A DNA stretch of 64,000 nt from the NCBI RefSeq assembly GCF_024521635.1, contig NW_026250425.1:558001-622000 (forward strand), read 5' to 3'. Source of the stretch: Tricharina praecox (taxonomy: Eukaryota). Position 1 is the stretch's first letter. Each line of letters begins with the position of its first letter. The notes under the pieces are model-generated. The model was given only the letters and a program-made list of their open reading frames with translations. It was not told where the DNA came from and ran no database searches. Position numbers and translations under genes: made by a program. Of this stretch, positions 35,769-48,038 are shown piece after piece.

Positions 35769-35905
35769 GGTGATGGTGATGGTGATTGCGGCGGTGGAGT
35801 TGGAGTTGATTGACTGGCAGGAGTCAGGACGCTGGATGTGCTGATGGTGACGGTGATTGCGATTGCGATTGCGGCGGTGGAGTTGAAGTTGATTGACAGG
35901 CAGGA
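35769..35905. repeat. Imperfect tandem duplication in the leader of the 59-aa micro-ORF
   Basis: GATTGCGGCGGTGGAGTTG(G/A)AGTTGATTGAC(T/A)GGCAGGA occurs twice, about 83 bp apart. Confidence 0.75.
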
Positions 35906-37513
35906 TGTGCGGTTATTGGTGAGGTCTGGTGGGAGGGGGGGGGGGCGGAAATGGGGGTGTCTTTATAGTCCATATGGCCTTCGAAGGGTTTATGCATCAC
36001 TGCTGAGACTGCGAAAGATCTGCGGCCAGATGGTTATAGTTCTCCATCGACCGGGTTAAGTGTGAAGCTTAACGGCCCCACTTCCTGAAGCTTGACTTAA
36101 CCTCCTTCTGAAGCTTGATCTCTCCATGCTCCCCTCCACACTACCCCTTCGTTGCAGGACATGATCTGCTCACCATCAACCTTATAGCAAGCGGTCAGTG
36201 TCCCGCCACTAAAGCACCCAATGCTAGGCCATACGGTATCTCCTTCGATAGAGTTGGTGCTGCTGGTGCATTTTTTCCGCTACGCTATGACTGCTGCCCT
36301 GTAGGAATTATGTGAATTAGAGGGTCCCCTCAAGGCCGCAAAGTTTGACGGTCCTAAATTACGCCATGATAGAGTAGCTTGCTACCCTGGGAAGGGATCG
36401 AGAGGGAGGAATGCACTTGGGTGGTGGTTATGTTTGCACGGATGCCTTTATGGTTATAAGGTGTAAGGTAAGTCTCGGGGTTGGAGTCGTTACTTGCTCA
36501 CTTCAAGAGACCTCGATTTTTATATAGATAGTTCGAAACCCAATGCTGACAAGTGACTGATCCGGGGTATGAAGATCCGGAACGATGGACGGATACCTAA
36601 ACACGAAAATATGCCGGGCTCGTCCGACGGAGTGGTTGAGCTTGAGCTCATTGGGACGGACACTTTGGACAGCCGTCATCTCGAAATTTCTAGCCCAGGT
36701 GACAACGAGAAAATCGAGTGATACACCGTGATAGTCTTTGCTTTTCCCGCTCAGCTGCTGATCCATTGATAAGCAAGCTTAGCCCGCGTCGTCCCTGACT
36801 CAATCGCTGTGCAGATCCAGATTGACGACGACAACAATAAGTTAACTACGGCTCGCCTATCATAGCCCGCGGGGACCGTGAACACATCACAGCTTCCTGT
36901 CCGCAGTATTCGTCAACACAGTAACTACTTGGAACTTGGGCTGCTCCCATCCCATTAACGTACTCGACGTCGTAAGGTCGAGAGTCGAGACTCGATGCCC
37001 CTTAAGGTTCCACTAGTGTTCGAGCTGCCAGTCAACATCCGCCATGGATTCCGCAAAGCTGAAGACGACGACTGCGACGACTGCGACGACTGCGACCCGC
37101 ACCTTTGGTCGGTAAGTAGTTTCGTGCCCCCGCACCAGCGGGGTGACAATGTGACATATCTTCAGCCAAGCGAATGAGGTGGCACCAAAGCTGAGCACAG
37201 CCCAGCCCACGAATCCGCTACCACCACGTTGGATATTTATAGAGCGACTGGCACAGAGCGGATTGCGCATACTCTACTCTACTCTACATACTGCGCCTTA
37301 GTTGTGGCTCGAACTCGTAGTCTCATAGAGGTATAACTACTCATGAAAGGCGGGACGGGGACGGGCAACAATTCCATCACAAAGGCACCACCACCACCAC
37401 CATCCTGTCCTGCCCTACCTGCCCTTGACATCGATCTGCCGCCTCCGCCGTCACCTATATACTCCGCCAGTTCGACGCAAATCACTCGTCGATACCTACA
37501 CGCATTACCGGTT

Positions 37514-38455
37514 ATGGCCGTGCGCACGAGTCCCGCCGGGTACGGCTTCACCGCGCTACGAATGCTGCAACTCCTCGTATTATTCTCGATCCTCCCGCTA
37601 CTCTCGAACTTCATGATCAGCCTCGACCGGCTCGACGCGATCCCGCCGTACCAGCTACTCTTCACTCTGATCATGAGTCTCGCGGGGGTGGCCTACTTCC
37701 TATCCACGGCGATCATGCACATGCTCGGGCGCGGGAACAGTTACACGACGTTCGTACTCCTGGACGGGGTATTCCTTGTGCTCTTCATCGTGGCGGCGGT
37801 GATCCTTGGCGCGCCACTGAGCGGGCTGGACTGCGGCGAGGTCGCCGAGAAGGGCCACCACATCTCGAGCCTGATGCTGATACGCTACGACGGCGACGGC
37901 AACGGCACGTCAAGGTTCGACGCTGAGCACTTCGGCGCACTGCAGATCGGCGGGCTGGACCTGCCCGCCGTCGGCGATAGCTATGCCGATGGCCAGCAGA
38001 GCGCGGGGAACTACGAGCAGTGGATTGGGAGGGTCGGGGGGATTTGTAGGCAGATGAAGGGTGCGTGGGCCGGCGCGATGGCACTGGATGTCCTACTCGC
38101 TGGAAGCATCGTCGCGGCGTATCTGATCAGGAGGAGTGTGAGGAAGCTGCCAGAGTTTGAGGATGACGAGGGCGATGAGGTCGGGTTTGCGATGCCCGCT
38201 GCTGCGGCGGACACGCCGAGATTGGATGGTGGAGAAGGAGAGCCGTTGAACGGCCGCGATGGGGCAGGGAGAAGTCAATGGGGTGGGAGTGACCGGCCGG
38301 ATTCAGCGGGTGGGAGTGACCGGCCAGATTCACGGGGAGAAAGTGAGCGGCCGGATTCACGGGGAGAAAGTGAGCGGCCGGATTCACGGGGAGAGAGTGA
38401 GCGGCCAGATTCAGTGGCGGGAAACAAGTGTCCGAGTGCGCTGTCGGCAGTGTAA
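37514..38455 (+). CDS. Four-TM MARVEL-like membrane protein with C-terminal 9-aa repeats
   Basis: FTALRMLQLL N-terminal pattern, four hydrophobic helices and a Cys pair flanking a large loop (LDC...GICRQMKGAW). An alternative upstream ATG exists at 37343. Confidence 0.75.
   Translation: MAVRTSPAGYGFTALRMLQLLVLFSILPLLSNFMISLDRLDAIPPYQLLFTLIMSLAGVAYFLSTAIMHMLGRGNSYTTFVLLDGVFLVLFIVAAVILGAPLSGLDCGEVAEKGHHISSLMLIRYDGDGNGTSRFDAEHFGALQIGGLDLPAVGDSYADGQQSAGNYEQWIGRVGGICRQMKGAWAGAMALDVLLAGSIVAAYLIRRSVRKLPEFEDDEGDEVGFAMPAAAADTPRLDGGEGEPLNGRDGAGRSQWGGSDRPDSAGGSDRPDSRGESERPDSRGESERPDSRGESERPDSVAGNKCPSALSAV
38283..38420 (+). repeat. Coding 27-bp minisatellite x5 (S[D/E]RPDS[A/R]G[G/E])
   Basis: AGTGA(C/G)CGGCC(G/A)GATTCA repeated with a 27-bp period. 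Confidence 0.9.
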
Positions 38456-38494
38456 GATCACCGGTGGTCAATCGTGCTTTACCTTTAGATATAT

Positions 38495-38720
38495 GATTCC
38501 GTGAAATCAGTGCGTTAGATGTCTATTCTTCTGCTGCTTTGTACATACCTGTTAGTAATTTCTCTTCTATAAACTTTACCCTTCATTCACTCCCCTTCCC
38601 TCGCGATTCCGCAAAATCAGTGCGTTATTCTTCTGCTGCTTTGTACATACCTTAGTTAGTATTTGCTCTTCTATAAACTATAAACTATACCCCCCTTTTC
38701 ACTCGCTTTCCTCGCGATTC
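38495..38720. repeat. ~110-bp imperfect tandem duplication 3' of the MARVEL-like gene
   Basis: GATTCCG..AAATCAGTGCGTTA...TTCTTCTGCTGCTTTGTACATACC...CTCTTCTATAAACT...CCTCGCGATTC at 38495 and again at 38605. Confidence 0.85.
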
Positions 38721-39747
38721 TCTCACTGGACCAAATATGTGAATGATGGACATGTTAGGTATCTTGAGACCGCCCACGGCCGTCCGAATGGAAAGTATGT
38801 TCTGCGAATAAGCTTACTCAAGCGTGAACAGACTCCCGGTAGACGGCCCCTCGCCGGTCTGGACAGTCCCGTTGAGTGCCATCAGCAGATGATCGGTGCA
38901 CATAACGTTAGGACTCTGTTCTAACTATCATAGGTCTCCGTGCCATAATGGTCGAAGCTATGGGTTAATGGGTCTTTATGGTTTGCCGCAAAGCGGGGGG
39001 AACTCTGCTCAAAGAATCGTCTCCGAAAAAAGCTAAGTTGTGGTGTGGTGGCGAGAAAAGTTCTCGTCTTTTTGGCTTATTGTTGCTGTCGACAAGAGAA
39101 AGTGATTGAACAAGACACATACACATTCTTTTATCTTTCCATATCGTAACTAGCACATTCACATTCTTTTGTCTAATCATTGTCTAGCACATACAGATAA
39201 TTCTTCGCCGGCGGCTTTGGGCCGGTAATCGAGTGATAATTGACGAAGCACTCGCCCCCAGCGGGCAATGCACAGTCCAGTCCGCCTGAGCGTCCACGAC
39301 AGGGCGGATATGTCGGAATCGTAGAGACTGACGGACTGACGCACGGAAGGTGAGACTATCCCCTTCCTAGCTCCGATGTCGTATGTAAGGGTGCAGAAAT
39401 TCCTTACCTGTCTGATCGTAGGAAACTTGCAGAAGGTATGCATAGGATTCAGTAATCACGACGTGCACGCATGTACACACGTCACAAGTAGCAAACAAAT
39501 TACAAGTTACAACGCCGGTAAACGTCCCGGTAGTATTTCACGTGTTTACTATACAGAACAGCCCTTATGTAGCGACATCACCAAGCTCTCAGAAGCACAA
39601 TCATCTCATCTCATCGAAACCCCCGTCCCCAACCTCGCGCAAAGGTAATATCCCAATACGTATACTACCAATCACCTACGCAACATCAAGAAACAAGAAC
39701 GAAACAAAAGCCCAACGCCCAATACACCTTAAATCCTTGTCATCCTC

Positions 39748-42700
39748 TCACAAAGAATCCCATCCTCCCGTGTTCAGCTCTGACTCCATCTTCCGCGAGA
39801 TCACCGAGGGGATGCCGTGCTGCAGCCAGACGTTGCGGAGCAGGGCGTCGTAGCGACGTTGGTTCAGGAAGAGTTGGCGGTGGTGTCTAGAGAATTAGTA
39901 ACGAGAAAAGGCATAAAGGAAGGTAAGGACAAACCTCAAGCCCACATCCGTCTCTCCATGTGCATCCAGGTACGGCGCTTCATTCCAAGACCCGTGGTAA
40001 TCGTGAAGATGCAGCAGCGCGCATTTGCGGATATTGATAAACAAGCCCACCGTCTTGCCACACCTGTACACGACACAGTTAGTTCTGCAAGCAATAGCAT
40101 TGATCGATTACTCACTTCCGGACATGGATGTTGCATCCCCCAATCTCCCTGAATCCCTCCTCCTCGTTTCCAATCCTCTCAAGACAGCAACGCGCCTGAG
40201 AACAGAATATCTCTCCACAGAAGAGACACACACTCGGCTCAGTGAGTTCATTCCCGGTGGACGGACATCTCCGTTTCATGGCCTCTTCGACCAAGACGTC
40301 GTAGTTCTTTGGCAGGCCGACAAGTTCAAGGATGCCGGGGTGAGGCATCGTAACCGACGTCTTGCGGATGGTGAGGTGCCGGCACCAGCCGGCGATGACA
40401 CCTTGTAGGTACTCTCCCTCGCTATTCTTTGACAGGGCAGTCTCCAAGATCTCGTCGACGCTAGGGAGGCGCAGGACGCGGCACAAGCGAACTTGCTCGG
40501 ACTCTGTCATCTCGGCGAAGCCACTAGGCGGGAAGACAACGCCGAACCGAGTATGTAGGAGGATAATGCACTTCCGAAGGAACGGCGTGGCGTAAGCTCC
40601 AACAAGGTGGCGGAATACCGCAAGGGAGAAGCTGGAATGACTGGACAACCCACCGACAGTTTTACCCAGGGACTTCTCCACAAACTTAACAAATTGCTGC
40701 AACGAATCCAGCTGGGCCTCGGTATAGCCAATCTCGCCTTCGATATCAGCAAGTCTCTCGGACCTCTCCCATTCGCGTAGTATATCTGGAAGCTCGCAGT
40801 CTCGCCCAAAGACGATAACAGCCTTAACGATCTCCACAGTATAACACAGGCGCATGATGTGAAGTATGTCCCAAGAGAAGCCCGGCACCGAGCAGACCGA
40901 GCATTCAGCCAAGAACAAGAATGCGTCCGATGACAGCAGTGGCCCAACTCGGATAGCCATCTGGACTTTCGCGTGGTCTTCGAACAACTGCGGATGGCCA
41001 ATGAACAACCGTTGCAGCTGGTCCCTCACCATGTCCTCAAATTGATGAAGCTTTCTAGTCCCCACCACTTCACAGGATTGAAGGGTGCCAACAGCGAAAT
41101 ACGAAGAGATCGTCTCCGACAGGATGCGCAGGTGCGTGATTGTCTGGGGTGGTATCCGGTCGAGAAGAGTAAAGCCGGATTCGGATGCGAGCCCACGCTG
41201 TGCGATTTCGATGGCGGATATGGAGAATCCAAGGGTGCGTACTAGCGAGTCGCTCTGCGTCAATTCGGATGCCCACGAGGCCTGAATGTGTGAATTCTGG
41301 TATGAAGACTGTATCTTGTTGTCTAAGAATGTGTCTCGCAAGCGCAAATACGTTTTCTGCAGCTCGTCCAGGGGAGCCAGTGGAGTGCGAGGCGCCGTGG
41401 GATGAGGGGCTATGAGAGGAGAGTCGCTGGCATTGCTCGGTCGGGTCCGTAGCTCAACCATCGTTTCCTGCCTAGAAGCCGAGGGATGGAGTTGCAGCAT
41501 ATTGGATATACGAGGAACGATGCGGCTGCCGCTGTACTCTCGGAACAGGTCCTGGATTCTGCCCACACCAGTGTCTTCTCCAGCCTTCTCCAGTCGGCTG
41601 ATCGCAGGTCCCAGTCCCTTCAACCATTCAGAAAACGCCTGGCTAGGTTGCAACACACCTCCCGTGAGCGTCTCTTCTTGAGACTTCCAGACAATCGGCA
41701 GAAATGCATTACCCAAGGCCTTGCACAGCGGACACACAAACTCCTTCTTCTCCAGTCGCTCCGGATGGTTTCTCGCGATTTGGAAGGGGTGGCGTCGTCG
41801 GGTGGATTCGCAGTAATGCTCAAAGCAACTGAAGTGCATGAGATGGTTACAACTGGTGACGATGGGTCCTTGTGTTGCCTTGTCTTGAGGGAACCCACGT
41901 CCCAAGCCCTGTCTCTCAGCAAACACCTCTGACCCATCCTTGGCAAGTCTTGTGTGAACCTTGCGATTCATACCCGCAACTCCAAATGGTCGTATCGCGG
42001 AAGCGTCACGGTCTAGACTCTCGGGCGTTTTCGCAACCTCGTACACGTAATCAGCATCGGTAGGGTCTGTCTGCCTGAGTATGTTGGTTTCGGTGACAAA
42101 TGCTTGTGTCCCGTAAAGCTTGGAATCATTCATCTCCTCCTGGCAAAGGATGCAGGTGCCGGTAGGATACTTCCACAACCTCTTCTCCTCCGTAGGCGAA
42201 GCGTCGCTCTCAGTATCACTAAGATCATCACCGGAATCACCAAAATTGAATGTGGTGTTGGCCAAGAACGATTGCTGCTGTTCTTTCATTTGTGCTAGAA
42301 TCCTAGCGTTGCGTTCCATGGCCATCTGCTTTTTCCGTTGCATCTCCGCCTCTTGCAAATCTTGCTCGTCCACCTCGAGTTTCTCGCCCATCGCAGTAGC
42401 CCAGGCGGCTACGGTAGCAAAAGCGGTAGGCTGTTTCTGCTTAAAGCTCCGCAAGATGTGGTTAATTTTGGCTCGGCAACCCTTGAAATCCTCCGTATCG
42501 GCCAGGCGGTAAAGAGCCGTGGCGATTGTCCGCTGTCCATTGTCACCTCCCTCGACCTCGCTCGGAAAGGCGGGTGCCTGCTTCTCGAGCGCATGGAGGA
42601 TAAAGGAATCAGCTGCGCCTTCTTCCGCGGTATCTTCAAGAGTGGCAAGCTGGCATAGATGCAGGACCAATTGCAAGAAGATCTCCACTCGAGTTTCTTG

Positions 42701-45700
42701 AATGGCAGGGGTAAACGTCTTGAAATGAAGGGAATAAGCCAGGAAATAGTAGATGATTTGAGCGAATACAGGCGTCCTGGTGAAAGCCGCGAGGTCCTTG
42801 AACACTCCAGAGCGGATGGGAAGTAGGCGAGGCTCGAAAACGATCTCCGTCTCCGGCTTTCCCAGCTTCTTGGCCATCCTTGCTCGATACTTCACTTCGA
42901 TATCTTCGCGTTGATTCTTAGTGAAGTGCGAAATATACGGGTCGACTTCGTCGAGATGGGCTTCCTTCAGTTCAAAAGTTCCGTAGTCTGCGAGACCATC
43001 GGGTGGACGATAGTTGGCAACTTCGGTAAGTACTTCCTGGAACGTCTCGCTATCCAGCAGACGCTCGGGAATCTGTCGTGAAAGATCTGAGTATTGCATC
43101 GGTTTAAAGCAGAGAGTGTGAACCAGCTCTCTCCGGATCCTCAGTGCCTGCAAGCCAGGCTCCTCTTCCTGCGGTATCAGTGGCAGCCGGTCGCTCAATA
43201 TCACAATCAACAGGTGCAGGAAGTCTTCCGCCAAATCCAGGACTTGCGCATCATCGTAACCGGTAGGCGTAGAATAGTTTCCCTCCATCCAATGGTTCAG
43301 GTTGAAGCGGTCAATCATGCTTACAAGCATCCGGCTAGGATTAACTGTCACCAGAGACGTCTGTAACAGAAAGATATCCCTATGATGTGTAAGATCGCGC
43401 TGCGTTACACTGCGGTATGTTTGCATCTGGTGCTTGAGACTGTATCCATTCCGCACCCACATGTTCGTCTTCATTTGTGCCAGCCACACACAAACTCGGA
43501 GTGGGTAATCAAACATGGCGACTGCAAGATCTTCGGGCTCGAGATCGGTGTCACTCTTGGTGAAGCGTGACTTAAACATCTCCCATTTCAGCAGCAGAAT
43601 GGGGCGCAATTCATCGTTCGTCATGCTCTTTCCAGCCTCGATGAGCCATGAAAGACTATAATGCAGCGCGTGATGAAAACTGATTGGTTGCTTATCCACC
43701 GAAAACCGGACGATCTTGTAGGTGTACGGTTTACCCCACCTGTCTGTGTCGAATGCGAAACCACCAACCTGCTTGAACTCGGGCTCAGACTTCATCTCGG
43801 TCTGCCGGTAACGATGTTTTTCAAATCCCAACGAGCTCTCGATGGCATATTTTGCGGCCGTGGCGATTGCGCGACGAAGGTAGTCCTCAATTTTGGGTCC
43901 TTCCGTGCGAAACGCTTCAGAGAATTGACGAGACATTTTGTTAATTTCCTTCGTAACCAGAGAAGCACTAATCCAGGCCTCAGCTTCGTACTCAACGTGC
44001 TCTGTCACTGCTCGCACATTGGGACAGATACCCTGGTGAAGCCTAACAAGATCGAGGAACTGCAATGTGTATCGCGGATGGGAGCGGATCTGTTCTTGAA
44101 CATATTTCGACCCCAACAGGTATCGCATATCTTGGAAAAAGTGATACATCCGGCGGTTGGTGAGTGGGTTCGTCAGCGGACCGCCTTCGAACGCAAGCGT
44201 TGCGGCGGGGTTGATCTCGGACGGAAGCCCCACTTGACGTGTGGTTAGGAAGGAATATATGATGGCGGTCAATGTTGTCAAGAAATTGGCTCTCTTCACA
44301 ACCTCAGCCGTGATTGTCGGCGTGGTCAACATCTGCAGCGAAAGATTGATGATAGAATGGTCCGGCTCTCGGTCTGCGATGAGATACAATTCGGCCAATG
44401 CAGGATAGAGCCCAGCAAAGCGTAGCCCTAATATCCGCTTGAACTGAGGAATCGCCACAACCGTGCTGATGTACAGATCTCGTAGACCGATTCTCGCCTT
44501 TTTCCAAAGACGCAAATCAAACATGATGAGCCAGTCAAGACGCACTCGTTGCCGTAAGTCTTCGTGCGCGGGAACATTGCTACGGGCATATCCAGTTGGC
44601 TTCTCGGTCCAGTATGGAGGGGCAGGTCCCTTCATTCTGGAGCCATGTAGCGGTGGAATATGAGGGGTGTGCGGAATTCGAGGAGCGCCACTCTCGGGGT
44701 CATCCGCCGCGTGCCGTTCGTTGGTGCCGTCGAGATCGACGGGCCGTGGCGTATCAAACTCGTCCGCCCGCAGTAACCGCTGAATCGTGAATGCACCATC
44801 CCCTAGGCTATTACCATCCTCACTATTCCCGCCACCACTACCAACCATATCAACGTCGTCCTCGTCAAGCTCATCATCGTCACCGAAAACGGCACCCCCC
44901 ACCACCTCAACTTCCATATCCTCATCTTCCACCTCCGCGACACCAGTAAGCTCCATAGGTACCAGGTACTGCATTTGGACGTCGACATTAATCCGCTCCT
45001 CCGTATAAGAGTGGTCATCTATGCCTTGCTGGCCGATTTCGGTATTAGAAGCTTTGGAGCCCACTCGCCAGAGACTCAACAGCTCTTCACAGATCGTAGT
45101 CCGGATGATATTGTGATCTCCGCCGACACTGCAACCAGCAATATCGTCCAACCACTCGATGATGGTTCCACACATCTGCTCGCGGAACGTATCCCTCGCC
45201 GACCGGATTGTAACGGTAACTTTGATATGCTCAATAATTCGCGAGATGTCTAGCAGTTGTGCAATATTTGTAGAATAGCGTAGGACAGACCGGCCAGTGT
45301 TATTGACCTCGTGTGCACGCAATTTGCCAAATTCCGACGTCTCCCTGCATGCTCTCGACACTTGCTTCTGGACGTCTGCGATGGTGTGCTTCTCGTCGTT
45401 CCAGAGCACCAGCGCATACTCCATATCATCATCATCAGTCTCGGGAACCTGATATCTAGACGTCAACCGGGAGTGCGCTTCGTCCTTCCGGATCGCCGCT
45501 TCTGATTTGGCCAGGCGCAGCTGCTCGGGAGAGCACGAAATGACGTCGCACAAATAGTCCAGCGCCCTGGCAATTGTATTGCGGATGGAGGCAACGAGTT
45601 CCGGGGGTAGCCGTTGAGAGGTATCATCGGTTTCCATTGGTGACGTGGTGTCGCCGGTTGGCGTGTGAATAGCACACTTGACGGGTATCCTCCACGCTTC

Positions 45701-46213
45701 GGCGTCGCCGCAGTCGCAACATCCACTGTTCCCCGGCGAAACGCTCACGAAAACGGTATGGCCGTCGTGGTCCGAGGACTCGAAGCACTTGCTGCAGAGA
45801 ACACACGCATCGTCGAGTGAGCAGGTCCTACGCGCTCCGCCAGCACCCGGTTAGCACTACTAATAGCAAAAACGAAATCAAAACCGATTATCGGGGCCTG
45901 CCTACTTGCACCGATAAGTAGCTTCCCCGCTCTTGAATATGTGACCACACGGCTTTCCTCTCGCCCCAGCACTATATTCCGCCCCCTCAGTTGCGCCCTG
46001 AGCTGCTGATAGACTCCACGCCTCGGGTGTATTCTCGGTGGGGAGACCGTTCGGAAAGAAGTAGTTCATGTAGTCACGGCGGTGGCACCCGAGGGAGTTG
46101 AAAAGGTCTTTCAGCAGGGCCACTTGTACTGCGGTGGTGTATCGATAGTCATATGATTTGGGGGCATCCCGCAGCCGGCGAGGGAGAGCGGATTCTGAAT
46201 CGGTGAAGTACAT
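39748..46213 (-). CDS. UBR1: N-recognin E3 ubiquitin ligase of the N-degron pathway, 4 exons
   Basis: UBR box CGHIFKSGEATYRCK|TCSLDDACVLCSKCF...GCCDCGDAEAW, ClpS-like LWNDEKHT, RING CILCQE...SCNHLMHFSC...CPLCK and C-terminal APYLDAHGETDVGLR. Introns near 45828-45905, 40066-40115 and 39887-39934. Confidence 0.97.
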
Positions 46214-47058
46214 GGCGATGGCTCGTCTGGCGGCGGTGTAGGAGCTGCTTTATCGTTCAGCTAAAAGGCAGCTATCGAGTCGAGCTTAAGCACAGTTCGT
46301 TAGCAGCACGTCAACCAAAGAACGTGGGAACAGTGAGTTAATAATGCTCTACTCACGGCACAGCTCTGTCTAGGACTGGGAGAGTTCGATTTCGCAATAG
46401 AGAGAAAGGTCATAAGCATATGCAGGAGCAGATGTCGAGATCCGTGGCGGATGGCTTTCAAGGTGGGAGAATTGTTTGGTCGGGTACTAGTATGTCGGAA
46501 ACTGGGAGTTCTGGTTGGATGGCGTGCCGATGCCCATGTCGAGTCCAAGAAGGAGGGGTGGGTGGCGGGTCTGGGATTACATAATAAGATTGACCTTAGT
46601 AGATGTAACCACGCGATCCACCTCTGTATTTGGCGGCGAATACGAAGGTGAATAAGCTACAACACAGTCTAAGCGAAACCTCTTCTCTCCTCCAACAGTT
46701 CTTGTTTGCGGGAGCTCAAATCTAACTGAGTCTATAGAGTAGGTGCAACAGCATGAATCATGATTGACCGGGAAATCAGCGGAACTCAGCAGGTCGATTA
46801 CGGGTGACGACACCGCACATTGCACTTTAAATGTCGAAACCCGCTATCACCGTGCGTTTACTATGTACAGATCGCAATCCGTCCGGGTAACCGCCGTTTC
46901 AAGCGTGATCAAAATTAAAGTTAGTTAGCCAGCGAAGCCCAGACTACAGCCAGCAGCCAGCAGCTCCCCCACAGCTCCCACCACAGCTCTCGAACCCAAA
47001 CATCAATCCTCCCGACCGGCTCGACCCACTGCGAATCCGTATCGTGCACGCACACGCA

Positions 47059-47613
47059 ATGACGCCCTCGCGCTCCTCGACCCCTCCCACCAAATCCGGC
47101 ATCGTCGTCGCCGATGGACAAAGACTGATCCCTGCGTCCGTTCGACCCGATGGCTCTACGAGAAAGGAGATTCGTGTGCGTCCTGGCTACCTTCCGCCGG
47201 AGGACGTTGAGGTCTACAAGAACTCGCGGGCCGAGGCGTGGAAGAACCGGGGCTCTTGCGGTGTCCCTGGTGCGGAACCGGTGGTGAAGCAGGATGCTGC
47301 CAAGCTCGAGGCGGCGAGAGTCAAGAATGCAAAGAAGAAGGAGAGGAAGAAGGCAAAGAAGGAGGATGACGAAGATGTGAAGGAGGAGGTCAAGGAGACG
47401 GCACCACCAGCTGCGAGCTCGAGGAATGCGGCCGATGCGACGCCGGAGGAGAAGGAGAAGCTGGCGAAGGCTATCAGGAAGAAGATCCGGCAGGCGAATG
47501 ACCTCAAGACCAGGAAGGATGATGGCGAGAGTCTGCTGCCTGAGCAGTTGGAGAAGGTTATCAAGATGAGTGAGCTCATGAGGCAACTCAATGCACTGGG
47601 GTTCTCTGAGTAA
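47059..47613 (+). CDS. PYM1: Partner of Y14-Mago (PYM/WIBG), exon-junction-complex disassembly factor
   Basis: IPASVRPDGSTRKEIRVRPGYLPPEDV Mago-binding motif; C-terminal KKIRQ...LLPEQLEKV. Confidence 0.9.
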   Translation: MTPSRSSTPPTKSGIVVADGQRLIPASVRPDGSTRKEIRVRPGYLPPEDVEVYKNSRAEAWKNRGSCGVPGAEPVVKQDAAKLEAARVKNAKKKERKKAKKEDDEDVKEEVKETAPPAASSRNAADATPEEKEKLAKAIRKKIRQANDLKTRKDDGESLLPEQLEKVIKMSELMRQLNALGFSE

Positions 47614-48038
47614 GCGCTGGGGAGCGGGAAGCGTTATATGATGCATCGGTTCTTGTTCATGTGCAATTTGGTTGTTGTCTGGTGTCTGGTGTCTGGTGTT
47701 CGCTTGAGCCTGTCTGACTTGCTGTCTGACTCGCTGGCTGTAGATGTCTGTCGTGTACCTTGGAGGTCCTGTTTTTCGAGTGATGAATTATGCATATAGA
47801 GACTATACAAACGTTGCTTGAGGGCAGGGCGGTGTCTGTGGTCTGCTTGACGTGATGGCAATGATACCTAGACGCTCAAATTCCCGTTGCCGGGCCACCA
47901 TTGGCAATACAAAGTCCGGTCTAGTTGAGACCCACCCGCATAGGCAGGCCCACCTCCTCCGGCTGGCCATATCACCATTGCCCGTCTCCTCTCCGTCACC
48001 CACCTTGTTGCGAAGAGTCCACTGTGCACGTACAAGTA

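Noticed and set aside
36995..37177. 60-aa ORF with DDCDDCDDC
   Set aside because: The Cys pattern arises from a (GACGACTGC)x3 microsatellite upstream of the next gene; no other coding support.
7182..46213. Apparent clustering of ubiquitin-system genes (UIM-RING, two F-box, UBR1)
   Set aside because: These are large families spread over 39 kb with unrelated genes between them; no evidence of a functional cluster.
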